From Malacoraja senta (taxonomy: Eukaryota): DNA of 64,000 nt. Of this stretch, positions 62,703 through 64,000 are shown piece after piece (positions within the stretch are counted from its first letter, which is position 1; each line of letters opens with the position of its first letter). The DNA lies in contig CM075992.1 of the NCBI GenBank assembly GCA_038087875.1, forward strand, positions 992,001 through 1,056,000. The letters run 5' to 3'. A program made the translations under genes and the position numbers. The notes beneath the pieces were generated by a model. That model searched no databases. It was given only the letters and a program-made list of their open reading frames with translations, and was not told where the DNA came from.

Positions 62703-62879
62703 TTTGGCATAGTCTGGTTTCATCGGTGGGTTCTCCTTTAATTCAGGATCAGTGTATTCATTATTCACGTAATAGCCGACACGAATAAACTCTTGATCTC
62801 TATACGTGCACGTGATGAGCACCACAGTCACACCAACTGCATCAGCGTCCGGGATAAGACTCGCATTTGGGGCATCAGC
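62703..62879 (-). CDS. ASF1B: ASF1B histone H3/H4 chaperone, penultimate coding exon (177 nt, phase 0/0)
   Basis: Translates ADAPNASLIPDADAVGVTVVLITCTYRDQEFIRVGYYVNNEYTDPELKENPPMKPDYAK, the ASF1 core. Acceptor tgcttttccag|GCT and donor AAA|gtaaga. Upstream exons lie beyond the window end. Confidence 0.97.
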
Positions 62880-64000
62880 CTGGAAAAGCAAATGGGAACA
62901 ATGTTATTTGTACAATTTAGAAATCTACACAATGCATACAACCCAAGCTCCATGTTTATGTTGAGTTATTTGGTAGAGTTGTTAAAAGCCAATCTCACAC
63001 TGCTACAATTACCCAAGATCACAATACAACTGAAACCCAAACTCGAAGTTATACTTTTAAATAACTATAAATTATTCCCCTGCATCCTTTAAAACAAATC
63101 TCCCGTTTGCATGTTTCGTGCAAAATACGAACAGTTCACCTCTGAAATCCTCCAATATGCACAAAAAAATTACTCTTCGGTATAGCCATCAATTACTCAA
63201 TCTCCAAACCCGCAATCCTGGGGGTAATAAACATCCTAAATATTTGATGGTTATTAAAGATTCAATATCCTTTTAGGAAATTGACATTCACCAAGCAAAA
63301 TCCTTGCTTTCTCAAGAAAGATCATCAGCCATGGGGGAAAAAAAATAAATAATGGGAGCCGATCTTTTGTTGCAGGAAGTGGATAGAGAGAACTTCAGCA
63401 CATCAGAATTTCTTGGACTAGGTGTTCAAGAAAAAAAGGTAAAATGTGAAAGAAAACTCAGTATTAATTAAAAACCATGTACAAACACTAACTATATTAT
63501 GTGCTATAACTGGTCACCTACCAGGAGGAACCTTTGAAGGTTGTTTACAACTTTCAAAGCATAGTTGTTCAAAGCCAAATACACCACAAATGTTGAAAAT
63601 GTCACTGCCTGCATATCATCCAACATTTTAGACATTACAAGTTAGCAGCACTAAGTGAAGCCGTGGTTTCCCCTGCTCCTATTAACAATGTTGTTAGAGT
63701 AGGTGGGACTGCTAGGAACAGAGATACAAGGAAAAGTGGTGCAGCACCTTCATTAACTGTAATAAGTAATTACTGGAAAGTGCATGCAGGTAATCCAGTT
63801 GCAATGTGCGAGACATCTTAAAAGTTGAAAACATAACAAGTGGAAAGTGCAGTTAAATCAATAGACATCATTGATATCAGAACTAGAGTTTACTAATAGG
63901 GAGGTTGCACTTAACCTACTGCTACAGACTACGTATATTATTCATGGACATTGAACCAACTACAGAAGTTAGTGCATCACACTAACTCAATAATCCACTT

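Noticed and set aside
60828-62879. Assignment as ASF1A
   Set aside because: The C-terminal tail and the linkage to a PKA catalytic gene fit ASF1B.

Overview
AT-rich, repeat-dense vertebrate genomic DNA, most likely from a cartilaginous fish such as a skate or ray. This is inferred from the V-SINE/HE1-type SINEs, the CR1 3' ends with (TTTCTATG)n tails and the abundant Penelope-derived short repeats. There are two assembly gaps. The genes are on the minus strand. They comprise the last two coding exons and 3' UTR of ASF1B (62.9-60.0 kb) and the alternative first-exon region of the PKA catalytic subunit gene PRKACA, in the same ASF1B->PRKACA order as human 19p13. PRKACA is represented by a long Cbeta2-like exon (CalphaL, 35910-36114), a short Calpha2-like exon (MAEDYSN, 12972-12993) and a candidate Cbeta4-like 'MT' exon (41068-41191). 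I did not find the canonical myristoylated Calpha1 exon or the kinase-domain exons. Almost all other ORFs in the track are repeat debris. The most striking non-gene signal is catalytic-RNA-like structure in the repeats. (1) A ~135-bp TSD-flanked retroelement is present in two copies, and its first ~55 nt fold into a minimal HDV/CPEB3-like ribozyme whose predicted cleavage site coincides with the insertion's 5' end. (2) Roughly 20 Penelope-derived minimal hammerhead-like motifs are present, plus a 5x39-bp tandem array of them. All structures were derived by eye and none was computed or tested.
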